Source: Raja brachyura
Lineage: Eukaryota
Direction of reading: 5' to 3'
DNA: 64,000 bases
Assembly: GCA_963514005.1 (NCBI GenBank)
Contig: OY740782.1
Coordinates: forward strand, 15,438,001-15,502,000
In this document: one piece after another, positions 49,242 through 62,880 of the stretch
How positions within the stretch are numbered: the stretch's first letter is position 1
How the letters are laid out: each line of letters opens with the position of its first letter
Position numbers and translations under genes: made by a program
The notes under the pieces: model-generated
What the model saw: the letters and a program-made list of their open reading frames with translations, nothing else
What the model was told of the DNA's origin: nothing
Databases searched by the model: none

Positions 49242-49502
49242 TGTCGGGGTCACCAAATGTAGCGGACACGGAGCTGTCCGTTAAAGACCGAGGCAGACAC
49301 GAAGTTTGTCCAAAAATGCTGTTCTTTATTGCTAGGCTAAGTGCTACGCTAATTCTCCTCACTCACCAACCCCGTGCACACGCGTTTATCACCTTAAATA
49401 CTCCATAGGGGCACCCGTGCCTACCTCTCGTCATGGGGACACGTGACCCCCCCCCCCCCCCCCCAAGAGCTGAAGGTTATGTACAGAACGTGGCCCACCA
49501 CC
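49242..49502 (-). mobile_element. Possible solo LTR
   Basis: TGT start, CCACCAC end, AATAAA and TATTTAA on the minus strand in LTR-like order; TSD not clean. Confidence 0.45.
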
Positions 49503-50350
49503 TTGTGCCAACAAATTATCTTTGATTGGTTAATTTAGTTTAGTTTAGAGGTGCAGTACAAGCATGTTATGCTGCTGCAGGTAAGAATTTCATTATTCCA
49601 TTGTTGGTACAGATGGCACTTAATCACTGTTGATGGTATAGCAATACGTTCATTATTACAAATTCACAGTGTTTGTGCTGAAACCATGAAATAGGTACCC
49701 ACATAAGCAAAGAAGGCTAGCTTTAATTCCCAGCTGTAAATCAATTCCTGCACCACCTTTTATGGCTCAAGCGCAAATTGTTTTTTTTTGCAAATTACAC
49801 ATTTTGTGAAAAGAGATAATAATCAATAAAGGTAGTAATCAGTAATGGGCAAATCTAGGTTTTATGGCACATTTGTATTCTTTCCAACAAGTAATATGTC
49901 TGCTGGGGATTTTACAAGCACTGTTAATTTTAGCAAAATATTAAAGTCAGTTTCAGGTCGGGGCATTCTAAGTGAAACTTGTAAAATTTTAGGTGGTTTC
50001 CTACTCGTTGATCGGCCAGATTTAATAAATTGGGAATGTCATCCCGCTCCTTAAGCCTTATCTCTGGAAATGATGGTGGCAATTCCATCTGGAAGGGGAG
50101 TGCAGGGCAGGGCAGATGGAGAGAAAACAATATTTGCATTTATATGGGAATTTTGGTGACTTTAGTAAGCATCTCAAAAACTTTAAGATCATTAAGTACT
50201 TTCTGAAATGTTTGCACAACTGTTTTAGAATGTAGAAAATAGAACAGTTCAGGACAGAAACGGGATCTTTGGCCCCCAGTCTGTGTGCTGAACATGATGC
50301 CAACGCTAACTCAATTCTACTCATATCACTTATGAACTCTACACATAATC

Positions 50351-51518
50351 TAGGTATGTTACAATACCTACCTTTAGCAGCGCTGCAGTTCTGCCGCTGC
50401 CCGTGTGCGCGACTTTGGCGCCTTTCAGAGGGGGGCGTGTTTAAAATGACGATTTTTTCTAGGCAGTCCAAGTCGATCCATGTTGGGCGATTTCGTCGCT
50501 AAAGAGAAATCGCTCCGACATTTCATTCATAAAGGTATTTTTAAACTACGCTAGATTATTTATTAACTAGAGTAGTTTAAAAATCATCTTCTAAAGCTCT
50601 GAACGGTGACAGCGGAACGGACCTAACATAGGCGATAAAAGAAGCTACACAGTTTATTTTTACATAAAAACTTGGTTTTTAGGAAGGCTTTAATCACATT
50701 TTCATGTTGCGAAAAGGGGCCAAAAAAAAATGTATGAACCGGCTGTATTTTTCATACCGACTTCACCGCAAACCGCAACGTTCTAATCCACCACATTCCA
50801 CTAAAACCCACTCGCTAGTTGATTTAAATGGCCATTAATTTACAGGCATTAAACAGTAAATGCCTTCCATTTGGCCTATAAATTCATGAAAATGAGATAA
50901 AAAAATTATGTTATATTGTGGATTATTGTGTGAATGTTATTTGGACTCTTAGGCAATTAAAAAAAGTTTACCTTTTCTTAAGAAATGGATAGATATTTAG
51001 ATCTAGTCATTGAATTTTGTAATTAGCTACAATTAGATAACTAACTAATTAAATGCTTTAATTTCAGGTCATCCAAGTAAGATTGTTTCATATTTGTTTC
51101 AGAATGCTTCAATATGGACGGGAAGGGAATGGAGGGGTATGGTCTGAGTGCAGGTAGATGGGACTAGGGGAAAATAAATGGTCAGCACGGACTGGAAGGG
51201 CCGAGAGGGCCTGTTTCCATGCTGTAATTGTCATATGGTTATATGGTTAATAATAACTGAAAATGTCATTGAGTTCTCTTAATTTTTAAGAAAGTTATGG
51301 GCTTTTGACTGTCCTAGATCACAGCTTTTGTGTTAAGTCAATTGAAAGACAATGGGGAACAAGATGCTAATTTCCGAGTATGAAAATGGTCATAACTTTT
51401 TAAATACTGAGGATATGAAAGTGAATTAGGTGTCAAATGAAACTTCTTTTTATGCTTTATCTGATGGTATAAAGTGAAGACTTGATTTTTAAAATCTCAA
51501 AATGTTGTAACATTGCTA
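50351..51518 (+). mobile_element. Non-autonomous TIR DNA transposon (hAT-like), copy 3, 7-bp TSD, containing a CR1 tail (51114-51249)
   Basis: Same termini; TSD CATAATC; insert near-identical to 58235-58358. Confidence 0.9.
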
Positions 51519-51823
51519 CATAATCCATATCCCTCCATTACCTGCATATGTTCTATAGAACTGCTTCATTACTTCTTGACCCCTTAAACTCAAAGCTCCG
51601 ACCAATATTATTGGAAAGTTTTGCAGCTGTTCTTATAAATAGAACAAGAGTTGTCCTTAATCGGTCTTGCACCAAGACCACACTAAATGCCTTATAGAAA
51701 TCTTTAAGGCCTAAAGAAATTAAATGGAGCATAACTATTTGAATTATGCTCTCCTTGTCCTAGGCATCATTTTTCCTAAAACAAAATGTCCTTATTCTCC
51801 CCTCCTCTTCCTTGTGCACCCTA

Positions 51824-52125
51824 AGGGCAGCACAGAGGCGCAGTGGTAGATTTGCTGCCTTATAGCGCCAGACACTCTGGTTCGATCCTGACCACGGGTG
51901 CTGTCTGTACAGAGTTTGTACGTTTTTTCTGTGACTGGGTGTATTTCCTCTGGGTGCTTCGGGTTTCCTCCCACAGCCCAAAGACATACAGGTTTGCAGG
52001 TTAAATGGCTTCGATAAGAACAATCTATTTACAGGTTTGTCAGTTAATTTGCTTCTGTAAATTGTAAATTGTCCCTAGAGTGTAAGATGGTGCGAGTGTA
52101 CGGGGATGATCACTGGTCGGTGGCA
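51824..52125 (+). mobile_element. HE1/V-SINE-like SINE
   Basis: A/B boxes and V core. Confidence 0.85.
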
Positions 52126-52584
52126 GAGAGAGGGGAAGAGCTACAAGGACAGCGATGATTTGATTTCCCAGCCCCACCCATCGCGTATAACTAGCTATCC
52201 AAACCCTGTGAATGAGAATCAAAGAAACTGTGAAGATCTGTGATTAGAACAAAGAATGACTCCAAGATGCTGGAAACGCTCAGCAGGTGAGGCAGCATCT
52301 TTGGAAAGAGGAACCTTTATTATCCAAGGTTGAAGAGCCTTCATTCAAAACTTTGCCATTGTTGGCATTGGCCTCCGCATCCTCAGACCACCCCTGACTG
52401 GTCCAGCAAACTCAGAGGGGATGCTTGGGAGTGCTTTGTCCACCATAGTTTGCTGCTGTGTTCACCAAACATTTAATTAGTTATGAGGTGAAATCCTCAC
52501 AGAAGAGCCCTGGTCTCCTGTCGTCACATTGTGTATATTACTATTGCAGTTCAGTTTCTGGACAATGGATACCCCCAGAGTATT

Positions 52585-53785
52585 TGTTTAGTTCACTTTA
52601 GTTCAGATTAGTTTATTGTCACATGTACCGAGGTACAGTGAAAAGCTTTTGTTGTGTGCTAACCAGTCAGCAGAAAGACAATACATGATTACAATCGATC
52701 CATTTACAATGTATAGGCACATGATAAGGGAATAACATTTAGTGCAATGTAAACCCAGCAAAGATCGATCATGGATAGTCCGAGGGTCACCAATGAGGTA
52801 GATAGTAGTTCAGCGCTGCTTTCTGGTTGTGGTAGGATGATTCAGTTGCTTGTAAACAGCTGGGACGAAACTGTCCCTAAATCTGGAGGTGTGCGTTTTC
52901 ACAATTCTATAAATGTTGCCTGATGCGAGAGGGGATAAGAGGGAGTTGCCAGGGCGAGACCCATCCTTGATTATGCTGCTGGCCTTGCCGGGGCAGCATG
53001 AGGTATGAATGGGGTCAATGGAAGGCGGGTGTGAATTGTGTGATTGTTTGGGCTGCGTCCACAGTTTACTGCGGTCTTGGATGGAGCCGTTTCCAAACAA
53101 GCTGTGATGCATCCCAATAAAATGCTTTCTATGGTGCATCTGAAGGATTGGTGAGAGTTGTAGGGGACATGCCAAACCTCCTGAGCCGCCTAAAGGGCTT
53201 GTACCACTTAGCCGATTTTTTAGGCGACTGCCAGTGACTGTCTTAGTCGTAGCAAGCAGGTCGCCAAAAAAACTGGTCCCCCTCCGACAATGTCTACTAC
53301 AAGCTCCAACAACCTACTACCTAATCGACGTCAAGCTACCGACAACCGGCGACCCATTAGGACGTCCACCTACGACCATACCTATGACAACCTACGATCA
53401 TACAGGCGATGATCACACAGGCGACACAAGCTACGACCCTGTCGGCGACAACTGAAGACAACCGAAGACAATTCAGTCGCCGGTATCTGTCGCCGGTTGA
53501 CGTAGGTTGACGTAGGTTCATCGCCAATGGAATTCACTGCTCAGCACCGGCGACAACCTACATCAAGCTACACTCATTGGCATCAACACACTGTCGCCAA
53601 AATGTTAAAAATCCAGCGGCGACCAGAAAGACGCTACGACTCTTTGGGCGACTGGGGAGACTACTCACGACCATACAGGCGACACCCCACCGACCATGAG
53701 ACGACAGCCTAGTCAACTGTAGTCGCCTAAAAAATAGCTTAAGTGGGCCAAGCGCTTAAGGAAGTGGGGGTGTTGGTGTGTTAGA
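52585..53785 (-). mobile_element. Rex1-like LINE 3' part interrupted by a MITE
   Basis: CPGKASSIIKDGSRPGNSLLSPLASG..TSRFRDSFVPA. Confidence 0.85.
53194..53756. mobile_element. Harbinger-family MITE
   Basis: TAA|AGGGCTTGTACCACTTAG...TTAAGTGGGCCAAGCGCT|TAA; many cgac/gtcg subterminal motifs. Confidence 0.85.
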
Positions 53786-54204
53786 GGGTGTTCAGTGTTG
53801 GTAATGCCAGTTTAATGTCTGGGCTTGACAGGTCTTTCCCTTGTTGCATATCGTCATTGTCTGGCATTTGCAAGGTGCAGATGTTTCAGGCCTGGGTGAG
53901 GGGAAATGAGGGGCAGAGTACCCTCTCTGTACCACTTTAAAAATTAGGTAGTTGATAGAACTACCTAAGTTCTTCCTTAATCTCCTCCTGTCCTGGAAAA
54001 GAAAACAGATCCAGCTTCTCCAGTCTTTCTTCATAAGGGAAACGCACTGTTCCAGACAGCATCCTGGTGAACCTCCCCTGCAACCATCCGTTGCTGCCAG
54101 ATAGTTCTACTCATCGCTATTAAATCTGTGCACTGTGGACAGCTCGATTGTAATCATGTATAGTCTTTCCACTGACTGGTGAGGGTGCAACTAAAAGCTT
54201 TCCA

Positions 54205-54495
54205 GAATTAAAGGACGTTCTTTTAGGAAGGAGGTGAGGAGAAGTTTCGTTGGTCAGAGAGTGGTGAATCTGTGGAATTATTGGCCACAGAAGTCTGTGG
54301 AGACAAAGTCAGTAGATATTTTTAAGCCAGAGATATATAGATTCTTGATTAGTACGGGCGTCAGAGGTTATGGGGAGAAGACAGGAGAATGGGGTTGGGA
54401 GGGAGAGATAGATCAGCCATGATTGAATGGTAGAGTAGACTTAATGGGCCGAATGGCCTAATTCTACTACTATTACTAATGACCTTATGACCTTT
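54205..54495 (+). mobile_element. CR1 3' end
   Basis: QRVVNLWN plus 3' UTR and (ATGACCTT)n tail. Confidence 0.85.
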
Positions 54496-55691
54496 TCACT
54501 GTACCTCAGCACGTGTGCCAATAAACTAAACTAAACCAAATTGTCCCTTTCTTCTATGATCAACATTTTATTGAAGCTCAGTGTCATCCTTGACCATACT
54601 GTAAATACCAACCCCATGGCTAATAACCAATGACAATCCCCTTCCTAATTGTGTACTGACCTAACCTTGATGCAAAACTTACCAAGATGTTTCCGAGCCA
54701 ACCCCTCCTAATCCTAGGACTCAGAATATCCCCCCAACCCATCCCTCAGTTATGACTCCTTGACACTATTGCTAGGCATATCTCCCCTGCAGGTATCAAT
54801 ATCATAGCCCTCATAGTAATTTAATTAGTGAAAGGTGAGAGCCAGATCTGTAGACGTAGGTAACACTATTCATAAGATAATCTGATCATGAGACGTAGGA
54901 GCAGAATCAGCCCATCCGGCCCATCGAGTAGCTCTGTCATTCAATCATCTATTTTTCTGGCCAGGGTGTCCGCAGCCATCAATGGCACAATGGTGCGGCA
55001 GGTGGTGCTGCTGCCTCATGGCTCCAGCAACCTGGGTTCACACTTGACCACCCGTGTTGCCTATGTGAAGTTCGAACCTTCTCCCGTGCGGGTTTCGCCT
55101 CAGAGGTGCTCCAGTTTCCTCCCACATCTCAAAGATATACCAGTTGGTGGATTGATTAACTGATGTAAATGCACTCCCCACCAAGCATAGGTAAGTGGTA
55201 AAGTCATAGAGAGTTCATGAGTATCTGAGCGAGAACTGGTTCTCAGGAAATAAGTTGGGGGGGGATGGGGTTACTGGGAGTGCATTAAGAACTATCAAGG
55301 ACTTGATGGGCTGGTTGGTCTCCTTTTATGCTGGGAGGAAAGATATTGGGCCCAACTGCAGTAGGCAAAAAATAAAGACCATTTCAAGAAAAAAAAAAAT
55401 TATGGTTCTGAATAGAGTTGACATTCAATGCATTTTACAAATTGACAAATGCTTCCAGTGCAGGTATGCACTGTAAATTATTGGAAATATTACTTGCCAC
55501 AAATATTGACTCATATTAATTGTATAAGCTATTACAATAAACCTTCCCTGTATTCTTTGAAGGATTACTCAATGGGGGTGAGTGACCAAGGACAGAAATT
55601 AGTTAAGGAAAGAGAAAGAAAAATTATCACGCTTTTCCTTTAACACCCTGGGTTATGCAGCGAAAGAAAATCCATTCAATGCAACGCCATA

Positions 55692-56625
55692 TGGGCCTGT
55701 CCTACTTTGGTGACTTTTTAGGCGACTGCAGGAGACTATGCAGTTGTCATATGGTCGCCACATGTACGCGGGTGGTTGCCGGGGAGTCGGCTTCATGGTC
55801 GTGAGGAGTTCCCGCATTCTGGGAACTAGTCGCAGCATCCTTATGGAACATGTTGAAAAATTGGCGGCGACCAGAATGAAATTGGCGGCGACCATGGAGA
55901 GTAGCGAGAATTCTCGTGCCGTCGGTGGGTCGCCAGGAGGTCCTAGTGGATTTCCAGGACGTTAATGGTTCTCGTAGGTTCTCGAAGGTTGTAGCCGGTG
56001 CTGACCGGTGAATTTCGTTGGCTCATTGGGTAAAAAAAAGGTAAGCAGTAGTTTTCAGAACCAAGGATAACTGACTGGTAATGTTAAATGTCCGCCGAGC
56101 TTCACAGCCGTGTATCTCTGGCTTCTTCAAAGTTGTCTCCACTCCTTCTCCCCCCTCTTTTAAAGGACTTACCGTACACTGTGCTTTATCCATCTTAATT
56201 ACAGCGCCAACCTTCCTGTTCATCGCGGTGTCTGTCTGGATCACATTGGCTTTGCACTATGGGAATTTCACTCAGACAGCGCTCCCCNNNNNNNNNNNNN
56301 NNNNNNNNNNNNNNNNNNNNNNNNNNNNNNNNNNNNNNNNNNNNNNNNNNNNNNNNNNNNNNNNNNNNNNNNNNNNNNNNNNNNNNNNNNNNNNNNNNNN
56401 NNNNNNNNNNNNNNNNNNNNNNNNNNNNNNNNNNNNNNNNNNNNNNNNNNNNNNNNNNNNNNNNNNNNNNNNNNNNNNNNNNNNTGCGCGTGTGCGCATG
56501 CGCGTGTGTGTGTGTGTGTTCCACTCTGACTGTCGCCGTTCCCTTTGCCGTTTTTTCAGGCAACTGCTGGCAACTTGACAGTCGCCGGCTGTCACCTGAA
56601 AAATCGTCCAAGTGGGACAGGCCCA
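55692..56625. mobile_element. Harbinger-family non-autonomous element spanning an assembly gap
   Basis: TGGGCCTGTCCTACTT...AAGTGGGACAGGCCCA termini. Confidence 0.7.
56288..56484. other. Assembly gap (N run)
   Basis: 197 N. Confidence 1.
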
Positions 56626-57189
56626 TTATCAAGCAAACTCCTCTGTTGTTCTGCGAGGAGACCTGAGCATTAAAGTTGTGAAGATTCAATCTCTTCTTTC
56701 TGATTAAATCCTCCCTTTGAAATAAATATGAGCAGTTTCTAATGAGGCGTGTCCACGGCATAAAGAACTGGATAGAATTAGCACACTTTTCCAAAAGTGC
56801 GCAAGGGGAATACAAGAATGTTTGGTGTTGGAATGAACTGCAGATGCTGGTTTAAACCGAAAATAGACACAGAAAGCTGGAGTAACTTAGCGGGTCAGAC
56901 AGCATCTCTGGAAAAAAAAAGTGACGTTTCAGGTTGAGACCTTTCTTCATTATTCCGTCACATATTCCTTTTCTCCAGAGATGCTGTCTGACCCACTGAG
57001 TTGCTCTAGCCTTTTTTGTCTATCAACAAGAATGTTTGGTATAGTTGACAGAGATATCGTATGGGGGGGACAGTGATCTATCAGCACTGAGCTTCTACAC
57101 TGCTGGAGAAAGTCTCAATAGATTTTACACCAAATATTGCCATGCACACTTTACCACATGAAAGCACTATCGCCTACTATGTTGAGCAA

Positions 57190-57690
57190 AGGTAGACACA
57201 AAATGCTGGAGTAACTCAGCAGCACAGGCAGCATCTCTGGATAGAAGGAATGGGCGATGTTTTTGGTCGAGACATCTTCTGACTGAGTCAAGGGAGGTGG
57301 AAATACAGAGATAAGGAAGTGTAAGGTGTAAAAACGAGACAAAGGGGATCGTGATTAAGGAAAATCATTGAGTAGATCATTGTTAGTTAGGAGAAGGTAA
57401 CAACAAAACACACAGAAATAAAATGTAAACAAGGACAGTTAGACAGGTCGGAGAACTGTGAAAGGGGAGGGATGAAGAGTGAGGGAAAGCAAGGGTTACT
57501 TGCAGGTAGAGAAGTCAATATTCATACCGCCCAAGTGAAATATGAGGTGCTGTTCCTCCAATTTACACTGGGCCTCACTTGGACAATGGAGGAGGCCCAG
57601 GACAGAAAGGTCCGTGTGGGAATGGGAGGGGGAGTTAAAATGTTTAGCAACCGGGAGATCAGGTATATTTAGGCAGACTGAGCAGAGGCG
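57190..57690 (-). mobile_element. Penelope-like 3' fragment
   Basis: Complement of GIY-YIG end (tatgaggtgctgttcctccaat..ggaggaggcccaggacagaaagg) and terminal repeat. Confidence 0.8.
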
Positions 57691-57836
57691 TACTTTATAG
57701 CATCACTAAGGTAAACAAACCTTCTGTCCTATTGTACAAAGCAATTTTTGTTTTATTGATGTTTAAGAAGCACAGCAGACGCTGTAAAATCATAGGTAGA
57801 CAAAAGTGTTGGAGAAACTCAGCGGGTGCGGCAGCT

Positions 57837-58358
57837 ATAATTGGTCGCCTAATTATAGGAAGGATGTCAACAAAATACAGAAAGTACAGAGGAGATTTAC
57901 TAGAATGTTGCCTGGGTTCCAGCAACTAAGTTACAGAGAAAGGTTGAACAAGTTAGGTCTTTATTCTTTGGAGCGCAGAAGGTTAAGGGGGGACTTGATT
58001 GAGGTCTTTAAAATGATGAAAGGGATAGACAGAGTTGACGTGGATAAGCTTTTCCCATTGAGGGTAGGAAAGATTCAAACAAGAGGGCATGACATGAGAA
58101 TTAAGGGACAGAAGTTTAGGGGTAACATGAGGAGGAACCTCTTTACTCAGAGAGTGGTGGCTGTGTGGAATGAGCTTCCAGCAGAAGTGGTGGAGGCAGG
58201 ATCGATTTTAACACTTAAAAGTAAAGTGGATAGGTATATGGACGGGAAGGGAATGGAGGGGTATGGTCTGAGTGCAGGTAGTTGGGACTAGGGGAAAATA
58301 AATGGTCGGCACGGACTGGAAGGGCCTGTTTCCGTGCTGTAATTGTTATATGGTTATC
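57837..58358 (+). mobile_element. Young CR1 LINE 3' end with open ORF2 C-terminus
   Basis: WSPNYRKDVNKIQKVQRRFTRMLPG..LERRRLRGDLIEVFK..TRGH..FTQRVVAVWNELP. Confidence 0.93.
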
Positions 58359-59142
58359 TGTGGTTCTTTATTATCACATGTATCAAGGTAGAGTGAAATT
58401 ACTTTCTTTGCATACTGGTCAGTAAAGTTATTGCCATACATAAATACAATCCCAGATTAAGTAATGATTGTATTGAAGCAGCCATTGAGTCCATAGGCAA
58501 GAGGCACCAGGTTTAGGGGTCATTTTCAAAGTCCTAGCTGCAATCCCAATCACCTGAAGGCCTGTTGCAGCCGTCGCCTCCACCTGGATCTTCCAGTGAA
58601 CCCTCGCCCCTCTCCTCACCTGGCCACAAAAATGCAATGCTCGCATTCATTTCAAGAAGGCAGGAATGTAATGCACTGGTGAGGCCTCATTTGGAGTATT
58701 GTGAGCAATTTTCGGCTCCATTTCTGAGGACGGATGTGCTGGCTCTGGAGAGGGTCCAGAGGGGGTTTACAAGAATGATCCCAGGAATGAGTGGGTTAAC
58801 ATATGATGAGCGTTTGTCAGCACTGGAACCCATACTCACTGGAGTTGAGAAAAATGAACTTACCGAATGGTGACCCGTCTTGACCCGAAACATCACCTAT
58901 TCCTTTTCTCCAGAGATGCTGCCTGACCCACTGGGTTTCTCCAGCTTCTTGTGTCTGTGGCTTAAACCAGCATATGCGGTTCCTTCCTACACCTGTAGAA
59001 TACTGTTGGCTTTACAAATGGGTTTAGGTTTGTTAGCATAGCGGTTAAGTCATTGGATCAGCATCCAAAGACTTGACCACTGTTCTGAACACATGAGTTC
59101 AAGTCCCCCTAGAACATTTAGAGAATGTAAATTCAAGTAACT

Positions 59143-59458
59143 GGGGAGCACGGTGGCACAGCGGTAGAGTTGCTGCTTACAGCGCTTGCAGCGCCGGAGA
59201 CTGACTATGGGTGCTGTCTGTAAGGAGTTTGTACGTTCTCCCCATGACCACGTATGTTTTCTCCGAGATCTTCGGTTTCCTCCCACACTCCAAAGGCGTA
59301 CAGGTTTGTAGGTTAATTGGCCTGGTACAAGTGTAAATTGCCCCTGGTGTGTGTGTTTGTATTAATGTGAGGGGATCGCTGGTTGGCACGGACTCGGTGG
59401 GCTGAAGGGCCAGTTTCTGCACTGTATCTCTAAACTAAGCTAAACTAAACTAAATAAA
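59143..59458 (+). mobile_element. HE1/V-SINE-like SINE
   Basis: gcacggtggcacagcggtagag head, V core, (AAACT)n tail. Confidence 0.9.
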
Positions 59459-60367
59459 TATAGAGTGAAGAGTTGAGAGGTTAATATCCTACAAGGAAAT
59501 AATGTTCGTGGAAGCCAATGTTTTTACAATTTATGTCTGTCAAATTGACACACACACCGTGTTAGTTATCTGGTCCTTTTATTCACACTGCCAGAAGCAT
59601 CCTTTGTTGACCACTTGGAATTTCTACCAGGCAGGAGTGGGTTAAAACGTGAGCATAATGCACTGCTTTGTTTTACATGAAAGCAGGCAGGGACTAATTG
59701 CTCAGCTGTCACCTTCTTTTTCCAAACCAGTGCTCAGATTAAGTATTTTGTGAAACAATACTATTATTCAAGTGCCAGATGAAGATGTATGGTCAGGCTT
59801 GCTGCCGGTGTGTAATCTGGGGGACTTTTCTTTCTCCGAAGAGGCCCCTTGGGTAATTACATTGTGAAGTAATCATTATAATTGGTGAAGTTATAATCAA
59901 GGACGAGTCTTACCCGGTCACTCCCTCTTCTCCCCTCTGCTATCAGACAAGAGGTATGGAAGTGTGAAAATGCACACCTCCAGATTCAGGGACAGTTTAG
60001 TACCCAGCGTATGAATATTGATTTTTCTAACTTCAAGTAACCCTTGCATCTTCTCTCTCTCCGTCCCTCCCCCACCCATGTTGCCGTACCAGCATCAAAG
60101 TCGTCTTGTTGAATCTCATTGTCGGCAACTTGTTTTCACCTAGCATACAGCTAACAATTATTACTTTTTTGCATGTCTTTCATTCATTTGATCTGTATCT
60201 CTCTACATCACCGTCTATATCTCTCGTTTCCATTTCCCCCGACTCTCAGCCTGAAGAAGGGTCTCCACCCGATACCTCACCCATTCCTTTTCCCCAGAGA
60301 TGCTGCCTGACCCGCTTAGTACTTCAGCTTTTGGTGTCTATCTTCAGTTTTTTCATAGCTGTTATCA

Positions 60368-60665
60368 GTTTAAGGATAAGGGGGAAATCTTTTAGGACCG
60401 AGATGAGAAAAACATTTTTCACATAGAGAGTGGTGAATCTGTGGAATTCTCTGCCACAGAAGGTAGTTGAGGCCATTACATTGGCTATATTTAAGAGGGA
60501 GTTAGATGTGGCCCTTGTGGCTAAAGGGATCAGGGGGTATGTAGAGAAGGCAGGTATAGGATACTGAGTTGGATGATCAGCCATGATCATATTGAATGGC
60601 GGTGCAGGCTCGAGGGGCCAAATGGCCTACTCCTGCACCTATTTTCTATGTTTCTATGTTTCTAT
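60368..60665 (+). mobile_element. CR1 3' end
   Basis: SLRIRGKSFRTEMRKTFFT plus (TTTCTATG)n. Confidence 0.9.
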
Positions 60666-62629
60666 CAGGCAAATGAACCATCCTATAAACAACTAGAGAG
60701 CGGTCCTGAGCTACCATATAGTCACAGGAGACCCTCGGAATATATTTGTTGGACGTTCCTGAACTTTATCTTGCATTAAACAATATTCCCTTTATCATCT
60801 ATCTGAACACTGTGGGAGACTCAATTGTAATCATGTTTTGTCTGTCCACTGACTGGTTACAAGCAACAAAAGCTTTTCACTGGTCTACAGTATACGTGAC
60901 AATAAACTAAACTAAACTGAACTAAACTAATCTAACCTAAACTAACTCAAGTATAATTTCCAAACTGTAGTTTGCTTGCGTGAGAGAGACAGACCAGGTT
61001 GTCAAACCCTTGCCTTGGACTGGGAACCCACCTGGAAGGCCCGTTTCACCCGCCTAGAGAGGAAGGAGTAGACGGAGGGCCAGTAAGCAGACCGTCTGCG
61101 GGAGAGAGTGCACACCCTGGATGGTGGAGTGGGCCGCTGGAGGGGCTGCAGCAGCCTGGGGCTCGGCTGGACCGGGCGCTGCTCCAAGAGGCCGAGTGAG
61201 TGGACTGGACACGGCCTACAGTGGTGGAGCAGGGGCCGAGGACACCAAGGCTACGCTTGGCCAGGCCAACCCTGCAACGTCACCAGGACAACAAACCTTC
61301 ATGGTCAGATCAAGAACCCTGCACTTGCAACAAATGGGACTTGAAAATGGTGCCAAATCTGGCGACTGTATGCTGTTTAAGAAAGAACTGCAGATGCTGG
61401 AAAATCGAAGGTGGACAAAAATGCTGGAGAAACTCAGCGGGTGAGGCAGCATCTATGGAGTGAAGGAAATAGGCAACATTTCGGGCCGAAGCCCTTCTTC
61501 AGGCAGCATGCTGTCTCAGTGTACTACTGCTATACACTTGTGCTATATCTGGAACGCTCATCTAAGATGTATCTGAGTGTTTATGTATGGTACTGCACTC
61601 AACTGGATACAAAATGCTGTAGATAGACAGAAAATGCTGGAGTAACGCAGCGGGTCGAAGGAATAGGTGATGTTTCAGATCGTAACCCTTCTTCAGACCG
61701 ACAAGATCCGGTCCGAAACATCACCAATTCCTTTTCTCCAGAGATGCTGCCTGATCTGCTGAGCTACCACAGTGTTTTGTGTCTATCTTCGGTATAAAGT
61801 AATATATGCAGTTCCTTCCTACACATGAATGTCACTGTACTGTGGTACATGTGATAATAAAGACTTATTGAACATCCTCATGCCAAGACTGGGCAACATG
61901 GGGCCACATAGTGGTTCAGTGAGTGGAGGTAACATATGGTCCGGGGACTGTGTAAAAATGAACCCTAATCTCTGCTGTTATTTGATCACAGCCACTTCAC
62001 CCCCAGAAATGATTTATTTCCCATTGATAATGGAGAGTGGTTTATCTCAGAACCCAAATAAACTGAACTAAACTGGTAGGAAACTCATGCAGTCACAGAA
62101 TGAACATGCAAACTCCACACAGCCAGCACTCAGGGTCAGTATGGAATTGCCGGAGCTGTGAGGCAGTGGCTCTACTGCACTTCCATGTCTGTAGCTTGCT
62201 GGCTCCAAAGATGCTCACAGCCCTGTTGCAAAGGGGTCAGGGGTGGGGTGGAATCTTCGCCCCTTTGGTCTACCTGTTCCACTGGGGCCAGACAGCGGTG
62301 AAGCAATAGTCCGGCTGATATATTTTCTATGTGCAGGAAGGAACTGCAGATACTGGTTTAAACCTAAGATAGACACAAAAACCTTGAGTAACTCAACGGT
62401 CTGAAGAAGTGTCTCGACCCGAAACGTCACCTGTTCCTTTCCTCCAGAGATGCTGTCTGAGCCGCTAAGTTATTCAAGCTTTTTGTGTCTATCTTTGTTA
62501 TATTTTCCACTTTTGTCAGGAAGGCAACACATAGGGAAACCAGCGAGACTGTAGATGCAGGAATATAGAATAAATACAGAATACTAGAAGAAGAATGCTG
62601 GAATCAAAATCCAGAGGACATCAGAGGAG

Positions 62630-62880
62630 AAATATAATGGGAACCTGAAGGGCAACGCTCTTCTTTAAACAAAGGGTGGTGGGTATATGGAACAAACTGC
62701 CATAGGTGGTGGTTGAGTCAGGTACTATTACAATGTTTAATAACACATTTGGACAGGTACATGGATAAGATAGGTTTAGAGGGATATGGGTTAGTTTCAG
62801 GCAGGTGGGATTAGCTAGCGTAGGTTGGTCATGTTGGTCGGATGGGCAAGTTGGGCCGAAGGGTCTGTTTCCACGCTGGC
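62630..62880 (+). mobile_element. CR1 3' end
   Basis: agggtggtgggtatatggaac..gggccgaagggtctgtttcc. Confidence 0.8.

Noticed and set aside
56081-56815. Long ORFs of 107-206 aa
   Set aside because: Artefacts of reading through the N gap
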